Assembly: GCA_044368575.1 (NCBI GenBank)
Contig: JBIPPH010000001.1
Coordinates: 65,663 to 129,662 of the forward strand
Direction of reading: 5' to 3'
DNA length: 64,000 nucleotides
From: Bacteroidia bacterium
GTDB lineage: Bacteria > Bacteroidota > Bacteroidia > NS11-12g > UBA955
The notes under the pieces were generated by a model, which was given only the letters and a program-made list of their open reading frames with translations, made no database searches and had not been told where the DNA came from. This document shows positions 1 through 10,529 of this stretch, in pieces (position 1 is the first letter of the stretch; each line of letters begins with the position of its first letter). Position numbers and translations under genes: made by a program.

Positions 1-61
1 CAGCGGTTAAGCCAAGCCCTATACCTATCATTAAGTGTTTTCTTGAACTGATCCAATTCAT
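1..61 (-). CDS. 5' end of an unidentified protein (partial, continues beyond window start)
   Basis: ATG at 61-59 on the minus strand gives MNWISSRKHLMIGIGLGLTA (basic n-region then hydrophobic segment). A perfect TAAATTTG box lies 4 nt upstream. Confidence 0.4.
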   Translation of the reverse strand, partial: MNWISSRKHLMIGIGLGLTA

Positions 62-65
62 AGTG

Positions 66-73
66 CAAATTTA
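66..73 (-). promoter_or_regulatory. Bacteroidota -7 type promoter box TAAATTTG
   Basis: Plus strand reads caaattta, the reverse complement of TAnnTTTG, 4 nt before the ATG at 61. Confidence 0.45.
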
Positions 74-114
74 AATGGTCAATCTAAGCGCTTTAGTAAC
101 TTTTGTTACACTTG

Positions 115-711
115 TTATTTTTTTCCAATCAATCTAATGATTTCGGCTGCACCAATATGGTAGGTACCTTCATTTAGTGTTATACTATGGTATTCATTAT
201 GGAGCATTTTGATACCGGAAAAATCGTTGTTTAACATTTCTATGTCATACAACATATCGATTTGTTTGGGGCCACCTGAGGCTTTGCCTAATTGAGCAGG
301 TTGAAAGGCTTCTAATATAAGCAAGCCATCTGTCTTCAGCCATGAAATGGTTTTTGAATGAAGCAGAGTTCTTATTGATGTAGGCAGGTGGGCATAGATT
401 AAAAAGATGGCATCAAAAGAGTCTTTTAGATAATCTACCTCTGCTGCATTTGCAATATTAAATTGAATTTGAGTGGCTTCTTTTAGCGCTAATTGATTGG
501 CTTTTATTTGGCCTTCACTACTTTGGTCAAAGGCATATACCTCATGGCCTAAACTTGCAGCATAAACAGCATTTCGCCCTTCTCCCTCACAACAAAATAA
601 TAATTTGCCTTTAGGTAGATGATTCAATTGTTCTTTAACAAAATCATTGGGAGCTGTTCCATAAGCATAATCCGATGCTTGATAACGTTCGTTCCAAAAA
701 GCTGTATCCAT
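115..711 (-). CDS. class I SAM-dependent methyltransferase
   Basis: 198-aa ORF with N-terminal FWNERY and a glycine-rich SAM motif-I-like segment (LLFCCEGEGRNAVY); size and layout fit small TehB/thiopurine-type methyltransferases. Confidence 0.7.
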   Translation of the reverse strand: MDTAFWNERYQASDYAYGTAPNDFVKEQLNHLPKGKLLFCCEGEGRNAVYAASLGHEVYAFDQSSEGQIKANQLALKEATQIQFNIANAAEVDYLKDSFDAIFLIYAHLPTSIRTLLHSKTISWLKTDGLLILEAFQPAQLGKASGGPKQIDMLYDIEMLNNDFSGIKMLHNEYHSITLNEGTYHIGAAEIIRLIGKK

Positions 712-755
712 CCTTCAAATTACGGCATTTAAACGCAGTATAATTGTGACAAAAA

Positions 756-2716
<1,961 letters not shown>

Positions 2717-2806
2717 TTATGGTTAAATGAAGGCCTGTAAAATCAATGATTCCAGCGTATCTGGATGAAAATTAAAACTGTACAGTTGGAGCAGATAACC
2801 GGATGA

Positions 2807-2814
2807 CAAAGGTA
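2807..2814 (-). promoter_or_regulatory. candidate -7 box TACCTTTG upstream of pyrG
   Basis: Plus strand reads caaaggta, about 97 nt upstream of the pyrG ATG, in the 111-nt kdsB-pyrG spacer. Confidence 0.3.
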
Positions 2815-2821
2815 GGGCTTT

Positions 2822-3580
2822 TTAGCCGGCAAATTCAGGATGTATTTTCAAGAAATTGTCAACAGTTTTTAAATCCTCAGGAGAATCCACAGCTGGACTA
2901 GAAAAATCGGTTGTACTCACATGTATTTTATAGCCATTTTCAAGCCAGCGCAATTGTTCTAAAGATTCTAATTGTTCTAAAGGGCTTAATGGTAAATGCA
3001 TTAATTGAGGAATGATGTTGCTGTTGAAACCATACATTCCAATATGTCTGTAGTATTGGTGTTTTAGATGCCATTCAGCTTGCTCAGTGCCTCTGATATA
3101 GGGTATGCTTTGTCTTGAAAACAGCAGGGCCATACCAGATAAATTACTGATGACTTTAACCACGTTGGGATTGAATAATTCTTCAGAACTTTGAATGGGT
3201 AACTGCAGGGTAGCAATGTCAGCATCGGTATGGTTTATGGCTTTGTACAAGAGTTCAATTTGTTGAGGTTGAATAAAAGGTTCATCACCTTGGAGATTGA
3301 TAACACAAGAATATGCTTGAGGTAAACTGCTAAACACTTCGAAACATCTATCTGAACCGCTTTGGTGTTCAGGGCTGGTCATTATACAATGACCAAATTG
3401 CGAAACATGGTCGAATATGCGTTGGTCATCAGTGGCCACATAAACGTCTTTCTCAAATGGCGCTTTGAGGGCTTGTTCATAGGTGCGTTGAATCATTGAT
3501 TTACCGGCAATGTTAACTAATGGTTTGCCTTCAAATCTTGTAGAGGCAAATCGAGCAGGGATAACAATTAATGCTTTCAT
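2822..3580 (-). CDS. kdsB: 3-deoxy-manno-octulosonate cytidylyltransferase (CMP-KDO synthetase)
   Basis: 252 aa with N-terminal ALIVIPARFASTRFEGKPL and an internal NLQGDEPF motif characteristic of KdsB. Confidence 0.9.
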   Translation of the reverse strand: MKALIVIPARFASTRFEGKPLVNIAGKSMIQRTYEQALKAPFEKDVYVATDDQRIFDHVSQFGHCIMTSPEHQSGSDRCFEVFSSLPQAYSCVINLQGDEPFIQPQQIELLYKAINHTDADIATLQLPIQSSEELFNPNVVKVISNLSGMALLFSRQSIPYIRGTEQAEWHLKHQYYRHIGMYGFNSNIIPQLMHLPLSPLEQLESLEQLRWLENGYKIHVSTTDFSSPAVDSPEDLKTVDNFLKIHPEFAG

Positions 3581-3585
3581 AATTT

Positions 3586-6090
3586 TTAAAATGATACACT
3601 TAAACCTAGTTTGATGCCAAATTTTCTGACCGTACTGCCATCTAACTGAGTTAATCTATGGACAAAGGCTATTTGCATTACTTTAAATACATTTTCAAGT
3701 CCGTAGGCCATTTCTATATAGGGCTCTTTGTTGATTTTATTTTCCAGTTGACTAATAGGTCTGTTGTAGTCATCTGTTTTTGGTATCAATGCTTTGTTGG
3801 CATCACTGATTGTGCCCATTACTGCTCTGGCTTCGAAAAATTCTCTCCATTTTAATTTTTTCATGATTGGCACTCTGTTTAAAATGGCACCATTAAAGTG
3901 GTGTTCCATTTTTAAGAATACACTTTGGTCAGTAATGAATTCAAAGAAGTTCATTAAGTTGTAAGCACTTGTGCTGTATACAAAAGATTGATTCCCTCTG
4001 TGAACCTCTAAAAGCGGATAGGGTAAGGTTTCGAAAATTTTTGTTGCACTTAATGTAAAATCTGTTCTTCCCCAATACCCAAAACTAAGCCCTTTTTCAA
4101 TAGAGGCTGTTACTCTGTTGTAATCAAATCGACTGCCAAAAACGCCTTTAAAACCATGGGTATAATTGAGGGATAATGCAAAGCCCCCTGGTTTAGACTG
4201 TTTCACCCTTTCGTTATCGTTTTGAAGGTAATATTCCTTGGGCGCCCATCTTAATCCAAGAGTCATAGTTGAATTGGTGAAATCACTTGATATGGATTGT
4301 GTGTCGTTTAGCTGGTCGAAATAGGCAAAATTGAATTGTCTAACAGGTTGAAATTGGTATTCTTTGTGCATCATTACCAATTTAAAGTTCCAACCTTTTT
4401 TAAATTCACTATTGAACCACACCTTGCTTTCTTTCGTTCTATTGAGTTGGCTGGCGGCAAAAACAGATACGGCTGTAAATAAATTACTAGAACCATAATA
4501 GTCATCAGTAACCCCAATTTGCTCCACATCTTTTTTGTAAGAGGCCCCCACCATAGTCCAATGCTTACGGTTTAAAACCCTTTCGGTTTGCAATTTGAAT
4601 TTGAATTGAGAATCAGAGAAGCCGTAAGCAGTATACGCACTTAAAATGTAATTTTTGCTAAAATGAAAATTGGTTTTCATGCCCAATCTCAAACGATGTC
4701 CTTCAAGTACATTGTATCCATACATCATGGCATATGGCCCCCAATCAATTTTTCCTATTGTTTTGTAGCCATTGAAAGCGATGTTGATGAATTCGACATA
4801 GTTCTTAATCACTTTGACATTGGTTAAAGTGTCTATTTTAGATAAAACTCTTTTTTCATCAGCGCTGAGGGCTTCATGTCTAGCAGTATCCCAATACTCA
4901 TTAGAATGCGTAGTAGCCCCATCTGTCATAATAATAGGGTAGTCATAAAAAGTGTTTGGGTGATCAATGTTAACGGCAATTTTTTCATAAGAATTGCTAA
5001 ACATAGCAATCATACCTGCAGATTTTTTTGACATTTCTGCAATGTCTATTAATATCCTAGATTTCACTGGTACATATGCACCCGCTGCCGTAGGCGCAAG
5101 TTCCTGAGTGATTTTTAGTTTTTCAATAAAGTTAAGATTGGCTTTGTTGGTAATGCTCAGAGATAAAGACCTTAAAGCAAACGTTGAATCCTCTATCCAA
5201 ACATAACCCGTAAAGACTAGGTCAAGTGGGTTTTTTGGCGTCACTTCAATTTGATAGATTTTTTTTCGACTGCCTTCAGGGTAATGAGAACCTACTAATT
5301 TGTAGTTGTAATAAGTGAATGATGATTTACTGATTGGAGATATAAAACTCTTTTCCAAAATCGGTAAAATATTGTCGTTGAAATTATATTGCTGAAAGGT
5401 GGATCCTAATAGCTGTGATAGAAATGTGCCATCTTCAACACCAACCCCTTTAACCCTTGAAGCTAAAATGACTTCTTTATTTTGTTTTGGATTTTTTTTG
5501 AAATAAAATTGGCTTAAATTTTCAGATAAAAATATCGGTAATACTAATTTATCGCGGTCTTCACTTAAATAGGAAATGGTATCAAAAATGCCTTCAACTT
5601 GTTTTAATAATTTCTTGTTTTTGAGTTCTTCAGAAACATTGTTAACTGCTATTTGGACCTTGGTGAAACTCTCACATTCAAAGGCGTCTAATTTTTCGAA
5701 ATTATAATTTTGTTTGTTGTTTTGAGCCTTTTCTATCACCATAATGGCTCTGTTGATTTTATTGGTGGTTTTGACACCTGCCAAGGTGGTTTCTTTAACC
5801 ACCATTTGCACCTTTAGGGTTTGTGTGCTACCTATTTGCACTTTAAAGTACTGAGTGGCATAGCCAACATAAGAAACCGACAAACTATCAGCACTCATTT
5901 GTGTTTTGATTTGAAAATAGCCTTCAAAATTACTAAAGGCTCTATTCTCTGTGCCAATAAAATGGACCATAGCACCAGACATCGGCTCCCCAGTTTTTTG
6001 ATCCATAACGCGCCCTTTCACTATGGTCCAGTCTTGTGCAGACACAGATGTGAAAAGCGAAATCAATAACATTAAATACAAATAGCGCAT
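3586..6090 (-). CDS. CarboxypepD_reg-like plus DUF5686-type outer-membrane protein
   Basis: Signal peptide MRYLYLMLLISLFTSVSAQ. An N-terminal VKGRVMDQKTGEPMSGAMV carboxypeptidase-regulatory-like fold is followed by a long beta-rich region ending in an aromatic residue (LSVSF). Start moved to the ATG at 6090; the GTG at 6096 lies inside a promoter box. Confidence 0.6.
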   Translation of the reverse strand: MRYLYLMLLISLFTSVSAQDWTIVKGRVMDQKTGEPMSGAMVHFIGTENRAFSNFEGYFQIKTQMSADSLSVSYVGYATQYFKVQIGSTQTLKVQMVVKETTLAGVKTTNKINRAIMVIEKAQNNKQNYNFEKLDAFECESFTKVQIAVNNVSEELKNKKLLKQVEGIFDTISYLSEDRDKLVLPIFLSENLSQFYFKKNPKQNKEVILASRVKGVGVEDGTFLSQLLGSTFQQYNFNDNILPILEKSFISPISKSSFTYYNYKLVGSHYPEGSRKKIYQIEVTPKNPLDLVFTGYVWIEDSTFALRSLSLSITNKANLNFIEKLKITQELAPTAAGAYVPVKSRILIDIAEMSKKSAGMIAMFSNSYEKIAVNIDHPNTFYDYPIIMTDGATTHSNEYWDTARHEALSADEKRVLSKIDTLTNVKVIKNYVEFINIAFNGYKTIGKIDWGPYAMMYGYNVLEGHRLRLGMKTNFHFSKNYILSAYTAYGFSDSQFKFKLQTERVLNRKHWTMVGASYKKDVEQIGVTDDYYGSSNLFTAVSVFAASQLNRTKESKVWFNSEFKKGWNFKLVMMHKEYQFQPVRQFNFAYFDQLNDTQSISSDFTNSTMTLGLRWAPKEYYLQNDNERVKQSKPGGFALSLNYTHGFKGVFGSRFDYNRVTASIEKGLSFGYWGRTDFTLSATKIFETLPYPLLEVHRGNQSFVYSTSAYNLMNFFEFITDQSVFLKMEHHFNGAILNRVPIMKKLKWREFFEARAVMGTISDANKALIPKTDDYNRPISQLENKINKEPYIEMAYGLENVFKVMQIAFVHRLTQLDGSTVRKFGIKLGLSVSF

Positions 6091-6095
6091 CCTCA

Positions 6096-6103
6096 CAAAA
6101 ATA
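6096..6103 (-). promoter_or_regulatory. -7 type promoter box TATTTTTG
   Basis: Plus strand reads caaaaata, 5 nt upstream of the ATG at 6090 (minus strand). Confidence 0.45.
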
Positions 6104-6259
6104 TTTCATTTTTAAACGTCTTCCCTAATTGCTTCATGATATTTTATCCCATTTTGTGAATAAGTCTATGCTTTTGCTTGTAAAAAAGAGTGCCTTGTTT
6201 TGTTTCATGATTGTTGAAAAATAATTCAACAAAAAAAACAGGGCACTAGGTTTATACTC

Positions 6260-6267
6260 TATCTTTG
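6260..6267 (+). promoter_or_regulatory. -7 type promoter box TATCTTTG for the riboswitch transcript
   Basis: Exact TAnnTTTG match just upstream of the cobalamin riboswitch aptamer. Confidence 0.5.
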
Positions 6268-6269
6268 CA

Positions 6270-6500
6270 TCGAGTATTGGTTTTTGATTGACTGGCAAAG
6301 TCAATTAAAATTAAAAGGGAATTGGGTGTAAATCCCAAACATTTCCCGATGCTGTAAACACTCGCCTTGTGCGATTTTTGGACTTATGCCACTGTCTGTA
6401 AAGATGGGAAGGTTCCAAAAGTTTGAGTGTAAGTCAGAAGACCTGCCATACCCATTTTAAATCAAGACTTTCGGTGAAAAGGTCTGAGGTGTCATACAAA
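6270..6500 (+). promoter_or_regulatory. cobalamin (B12) riboswitch; boundaries approximate
   Basis: Conserved core elements appear in the canonical order: AGGGAA 6316-6321, GGGTGTAAATCCC 6324-6336, CCCG 6345-6348, GCTGTAA 6351-6357, GCCACTG 6388-6394, GGGAAGG 6406-6412, and the B12 box AGTCAGAAGACCTGCC 6432-6447. It sits directly upstream of a TonB-dependent receptor gene. Confidence 0.85.
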
Positions 6501-6551
6501 TTGTTTGTACATTTCATTGTTTTCCCTTTAGTCTGTTGATAAACAAACAGA

Positions 6552-8429
6552 ATGAAGAAGACCATTTGTCTCATAGCTATTAGCCTGTTTGCCATGCTAT
6601 TACATGGTAAGGGGATAGATACTTCTGTTTGGCGTAACTTCGAGTTAATTGCTAGTAAAGACCATATTAATCCGGGTTCCATTCGCATCAATCTACCACA
6701 ACAGCAAGATGGCAGCATAGCGGATGTGCTCTCAAAGAACAGTGCATTGTTTATTAAAACCTATGCGCCTGGTAGTTTAGCTACAACATCTATGCGGGGC
6801 ATGGGGGCTCAACATACGGCGGTTTTATGGAATGGTATCAATTTGCAAAGTTCAATGAATGGTGTCATAGACTTAAATATTCTACCCATGTTTTTTATAG
6901 ATAAGGCGGCCATTGAAACAGGGGTTAATGCCTCATTGTGTGGCAATGGAGCCCTAGCTGGAGCCATTGTTACCAATACAGATTTTCAATCACCCAAAAA
7001 ATTAATTGGCGAAATGGCATATGGTAGTTTTGGTCAGAAACAATTGGCTTTGGGTTTTACCACAAAAATTAAACAACTGGTTTTACATACTAGATTGTTT
7101 AATAAATCTGCCAACAATGATTTTGAATACTACAATGCCTTTAAAATAGGTCAACCTTTAGAACGTATACAAAACAATCAGTTTCAACAGGCTGGGGTCA
7201 TGCAAAGTATTCGCTTGAAATTATCTGATTCTAAGAAAATACAAGCTTCTTGGTGGTACCTGAATACACAGAGAGGTTTGCCAGCCGTAATGGGTGCTGC
7301 CTCGCACAATGAACATCAAAACGATTACAATGCCATAGCTTGTGTACAATACGATTACACCTTGCCGAATAAACAAGTCTTCAATAGCAAATTGGCCTTT
7401 AATTCAGAAATGATCAATTACTTCAATGATTTGTTGTCGCCAGCCTTAAACACCGCACGGTCTTTGATTTCTGAATCTCAATACACGATTAAATTCAAAC
7501 GCCATTTAGAATGGTATAATAGCTTCAATGCGACTTATCAAAAAGCATGGACAGACGGTTACAGACAAGGTGTTGATCGTTTGGGTTTATCGTGGCACAG
7601 TCGATTGACTTGGTTGGCGAACAAGACCTTTAAATTACACATGGGCAATAGGCAAATGATGGTTCAGGATTTAATGGCGCCTTCTACACCAGATGTAAGC
7701 ACTGAATGGGCTTTTCATCCCAATTGGAAACACAAATTAAATGCAGCTTATAGCTTTAGATTGCCTTCCTTTAATGATTTGTATTGGATGGGAGGGGGCA
7801 ACCCGGATTTAAAATCCGAGAAAGGTAAAAAAGTAGAAAGCAGTATTGAATTTAAACAATCAGGATTTAAACTAGGGCTTACAGGTTTCTTTCATCATGT
7901 GAATGATTGGATCATGTGGGTGCCAGCAACTGGTGCTTCACTTTGGAAAGCAATTAATGCTAAGACTGTGGAAAGTAAAGGCTGTGAATTGTCTTCTGAA
8001 CTTAAATGGAATATCAGTAAACAATTGCTTGTTAAATGGTTTTCCAAGTACCAATATGTTAACAGTGTCAACAAAGCGGTGTATGGCACTGATCAAAGCA
8101 TTATAGGAAAGCAGTTGTTTTATACACCTCAGCATACAGGGATAAGCCAAATACAGTGTCTATTCAATAAATACCGAATTGCAACTGCTTGTCAATATGT
8201 AGGTCAAAGATTTACTACAGCAGATAATGCTATAACAGGTCAATTACCGGCCTACTTAATTTGGCAACTAGCTTTGTCAAGAGAAATGGATTTTGGGCAG
8301 TGGCATTCAAGCCTTGAACTCACCATTAATAATTTAAGCAATGTCAATTATATGGTCTTTGAAAATAGACCAATGCCACTCCGCAATATATACTTAACTT
8401 ATAAATTCAATATCAATTATGAACATTAG
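6552..8429 (+). CDS. btuB: TonB-dependent outer-membrane receptor, BtuB-like (cobalamin)
   Basis: 625 aa with a signal peptide and a plug-domain motif (SMRGMGAQHTAVLWNGINLQS), followed by a beta-barrel. BtuB-like size and position behind a cobalamin riboswitch. Confidence 0.75.
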   Translation: MKKTICLIAISLFAMLLHGKGIDTSVWRNFELIASKDHINPGSIRINLPQQQDGSIADVLSKNSALFIKTYAPGSLATTSMRGMGAQHTAVLWNGINLQSSMNGVIDLNILPMFFIDKAAIETGVNASLCGNGALAGAIVTNTDFQSPKKLIGEMAYGSFGQKQLALGFTTKIKQLVLHTRLFNKSANNDFEYYNAFKIGQPLERIQNNQFQQAGVMQSIRLKLSDSKKIQASWWYLNTQRGLPAVMGAASHNEHQNDYNAIACVQYDYTLPNKQVFNSKLAFNSEMINYFNDLLSPALNTARSLISESQYTIKFKRHLEWYNSFNATYQKAWTDGYRQGVDRLGLSWHSRLTWLANKTFKLHMGNRQMMVQDLMAPSTPDVSTEWAFHPNWKHKLNAAYSFRLPSFNDLYWMGGGNPDLKSEKGKKVESSIEFKQSGFKLGLTGFFHHVNDWIMWVPATGASLWKAINAKTVESKGCELSSELKWNISKQLLVKWFSKYQYVNSVNKAVYGTDQSIIGKQLFYTPQHTGISQIQCLFNKYRIATACQYVGQRFTTADNAITGQLPAYLIWQLALSREMDFGQWHSSLELTINNLSNVNYMVFENRPMPLRNIYLTYKFNINYEH

Positions 8430-9444
8430 ATCATTTTACTTTTGTTTTCTGCTATCAATAGCCTTGTTCGCTTGTAAGCCAGATGCCCAACAAACCATTA
8501 TAACAGACGATTTTAAAGGTATTTTTGTTGTCAATGAAGGTGGTTTTGGTAAATCCAATGGCAGCATTGGTTTATACAAACCAGGAAGTCAACAGTATTT
8601 TGATGCTTATAAAACTGCCAATGGCATTGGTCTTGGAGATGTGGTACAATCTATGACTTTAATTGATGGTAAATATTATATAGCGGTCAATAATTCTAAT
8701 AAAATTGAAGTGGTCAACCAGTCAGATTTTAAATCCGTTGCTAGCATTGCAACAACCTCTCCAAGATATGTTTTAAAAACAGCCACCAATAAAGCCTTTG
8801 TTAGTAATCTATACAGCAATACCGTTAAGGTTGTAAATACTAGCAATTATGCTATTGAGTCAAGTGTTGATGTTCACCACAATACAGATCAACTAATGCT
8901 GTTTAATAGCAAAGTGCTTGCCAGTACCTTTGATCAAAAAATCATGGTGATAGATCCTAGCAGCAACAGTTTAATAGACTCTATTAGCTCAGCTTCAGGA
9001 CTCAGTAAAATGGTAGCAGCTAATCAAGGTGTATACTTACTCTGCACAGGATTGTTAGATTGGAACACAGGCGCCACAATAGAAAAGGGAGCCATTCAAT
9101 TTGTGAATGATACTTTTGGTGTTGAACAATCTTGGCCGTTAATGTCTGCTAGTTATGGCGGCTCAATGGTGTATGCTAATAGTTTGAACGCACTGTTGTT
9201 CAGCTTAGGAGATAATAAAATCATTAAAATGGCATTTGACGGTACTATGACAGATTGGTTGGTGTTACCTACAGGTCAATCTGTTTATGGTCTTAATTGG
9301 GATGCGCAAAACGCCCAATTATACATCAGTGATGCAGGCGATTTTAATGCCAATGGTAAGGTATATGTATATGATGCCACTGCCAATAAAGTTAAGGAAA
9401 TTAGTGCAGGCATAGCCCCTAATGGTGTTGTATTAAATCCTTAA
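8419..9444 (+). CDS. surface lipoprotein, YncE/DUF5074-like beta-propeller
   Basis: Lipobox LSIALFAC followed by the FVVNEGGFGKSNGSIGLY motif; repeated beta-strand-rich blades. It overlaps the receptor gene by 11 nt. Confidence 0.55.
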   Translation: MNIRSFYFCFLLSIALFACKPDAQQTIITDDFKGIFVVNEGGFGKSNGSIGLYKPGSQQYFDAYKTANGIGLGDVVQSMTLIDGKYYIAVNNSNKIEVVNQSDFKSVASIATTSPRYVLKTATNKAFVSNLYSNTVKVVNTSNYAIESSVDVHHNTDQLMLFNSKVLASTFDQKIMVIDPSSNSLIDSISSASGLSKMVAANQGVYLLCTGLLDWNTGATIEKGAIQFVNDTFGVEQSWPLMSASYGGSMVYANSLNALLFSLGDNKIIKMAFDGTMTDWLVLPTGQSVYGLNWDAQNAQLYISDAGDFNANGKVYVYDATANKVKEISAGIAPNGVVLNP

Positions 9445-10514
9445 TGTGGCGTTTCCTTTTTTTTGCTCTCTTGCTCACGTCTTGCCTTGAGCGCCCCAAT
9501 ACAGTTAGAGTTGTATCCCAGCAGTTTTTACCTGTAAACTACAGCCAATCTTTTACTTTAGCCAGTAATGATTCTGAGTTTCAGGTCAACTATCTGTTAG
9601 CAAATGATACCCAATATGGACCTGTTTTTAAAAAGGCCCGTCTACCAAAACGAATAGTCGTTTTGTCTTCTGTTTTTGCCGGTTTTATTGAGGCCCTTAA
9701 CGCTAGCCATTGTATTATTGGGGTTGATAGAATAGCTTATTACAGTCATCCAGACTTAATTAATGCTTTTAAGAAACAACAAATCGTTGAGTTGGGCGAA
9801 GAGTCACAATTGAATGAGCAGCTCTTATATGATCTTAAACCGGATTTAATAGTGTCCAGTTCTGCATTGTTAAAGCAGACCGCTTTAATGGAACGTTGTA
9901 AGCAAGCTAATATTCCCATACTAGTCTGCGATAATTACTTGGAGCAAGAGCCTTTAGCAAGGGCAGAATGGATTAAAGTATTTGGTTGTGTATTGGGTAA
10001 AACTCAAGCTGCCAATAATTTGTTCGACACTGTTGCTTTTAATTACAACGCACTCAAACAGCAGAATCAATTGCTGAACATTAAACCCAAGGTTTTAACT
10101 GATGCACTTTACAGCGATGCTTGGAATGTGCCAGGTGGCAAGAGTTATACAGCTCAATTAATTCAAGATGCAGGAGGTGAATATATTTTTAAAGCTTTCA
10201 ATCAAAGATTTTCTTATGCTTTTAATTTAGAGAAAGTCATCACTTTAGCTTCTGATGCTGATATTTGGATCAATATGAATCGCTATGCTAGTAAGCAAGC
10301 ACTTTTGGCGGCAGATTCAAGATATCAAGTTTTTAAAGCCTTTCAATTGGGACAAATGTTTAATAACCATAAAAGGGAATTGCGCTCAGGGGCTAATGAT
10401 TTTTGGGAAACAGGACCCGTGAGGCCAGATTGGGTTTTAAACGATTTGACTTGGATAATGGCGCACCCAAATATTTCTACTGATAAATTGTTTTTTTATC
10501 AAAAGCTAGAGTAA
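9444..10514 (+). CDS. periplasmic-binding-protein type lipoprotein (BtuF/FecB-like ABC substrate-binding component)
   Basis: Lipobox LLLTSC. RIVVLSSVFAGFIEALNASHCIIGV and DLKPDLIVSS are typical of class III (Peripla_BP_2) binding proteins. TAATG stop/start overlap with the previous gene. Confidence 0.65.
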   Translation: MWRFLFFALLLTSCLERPNTVRVVSQQFLPVNYSQSFTLASNDSEFQVNYLLANDTQYGPVFKKARLPKRIVVLSSVFAGFIEALNASHCIIGVDRIAYYSHPDLINAFKKQQIVELGEESQLNEQLLYDLKPDLIVSSSALLKQTALMERCKQANIPILVCDNYLEQEPLARAEWIKVFGCVLGKTQAANNLFDTVAFNYNALKQQNQLLNIKPKVLTDALYSDAWNVPGGKSYTAQLIQDAGGEYIFKAFNQRFSYAFNLEKVITLASDADIWINMNRYASKQALLAADSRYQVFKAFQLGQMFNNHKRELRSGANDFWETGPVRPDWVLNDLTWIMAHPNISTDKLFFYQKLE

Positions 10515-10519
10515 ATTTG
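10512..10519 (+). promoter_or_regulatory. -7 type promoter box TAAATTTG for the MBOAT cassette
   Basis: Exact TAnnTTTG overlapping the TAA stop of the binding-protein gene, 10 nt before the GTG at 10530. Confidence 0.4.
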
Positions 10520-10529
10520 ACGGTTTAAG

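Noticed and set aside
6434-6718. A 94-aa minus-strand ORF spanning the riboswitch 3' end and the receptor gene start.
   Set aside because: It overlaps the B12 box and the signal-peptide region of the TonB-dependent receptor, and has no recognisable motifs or promoter. It is judged spurious.
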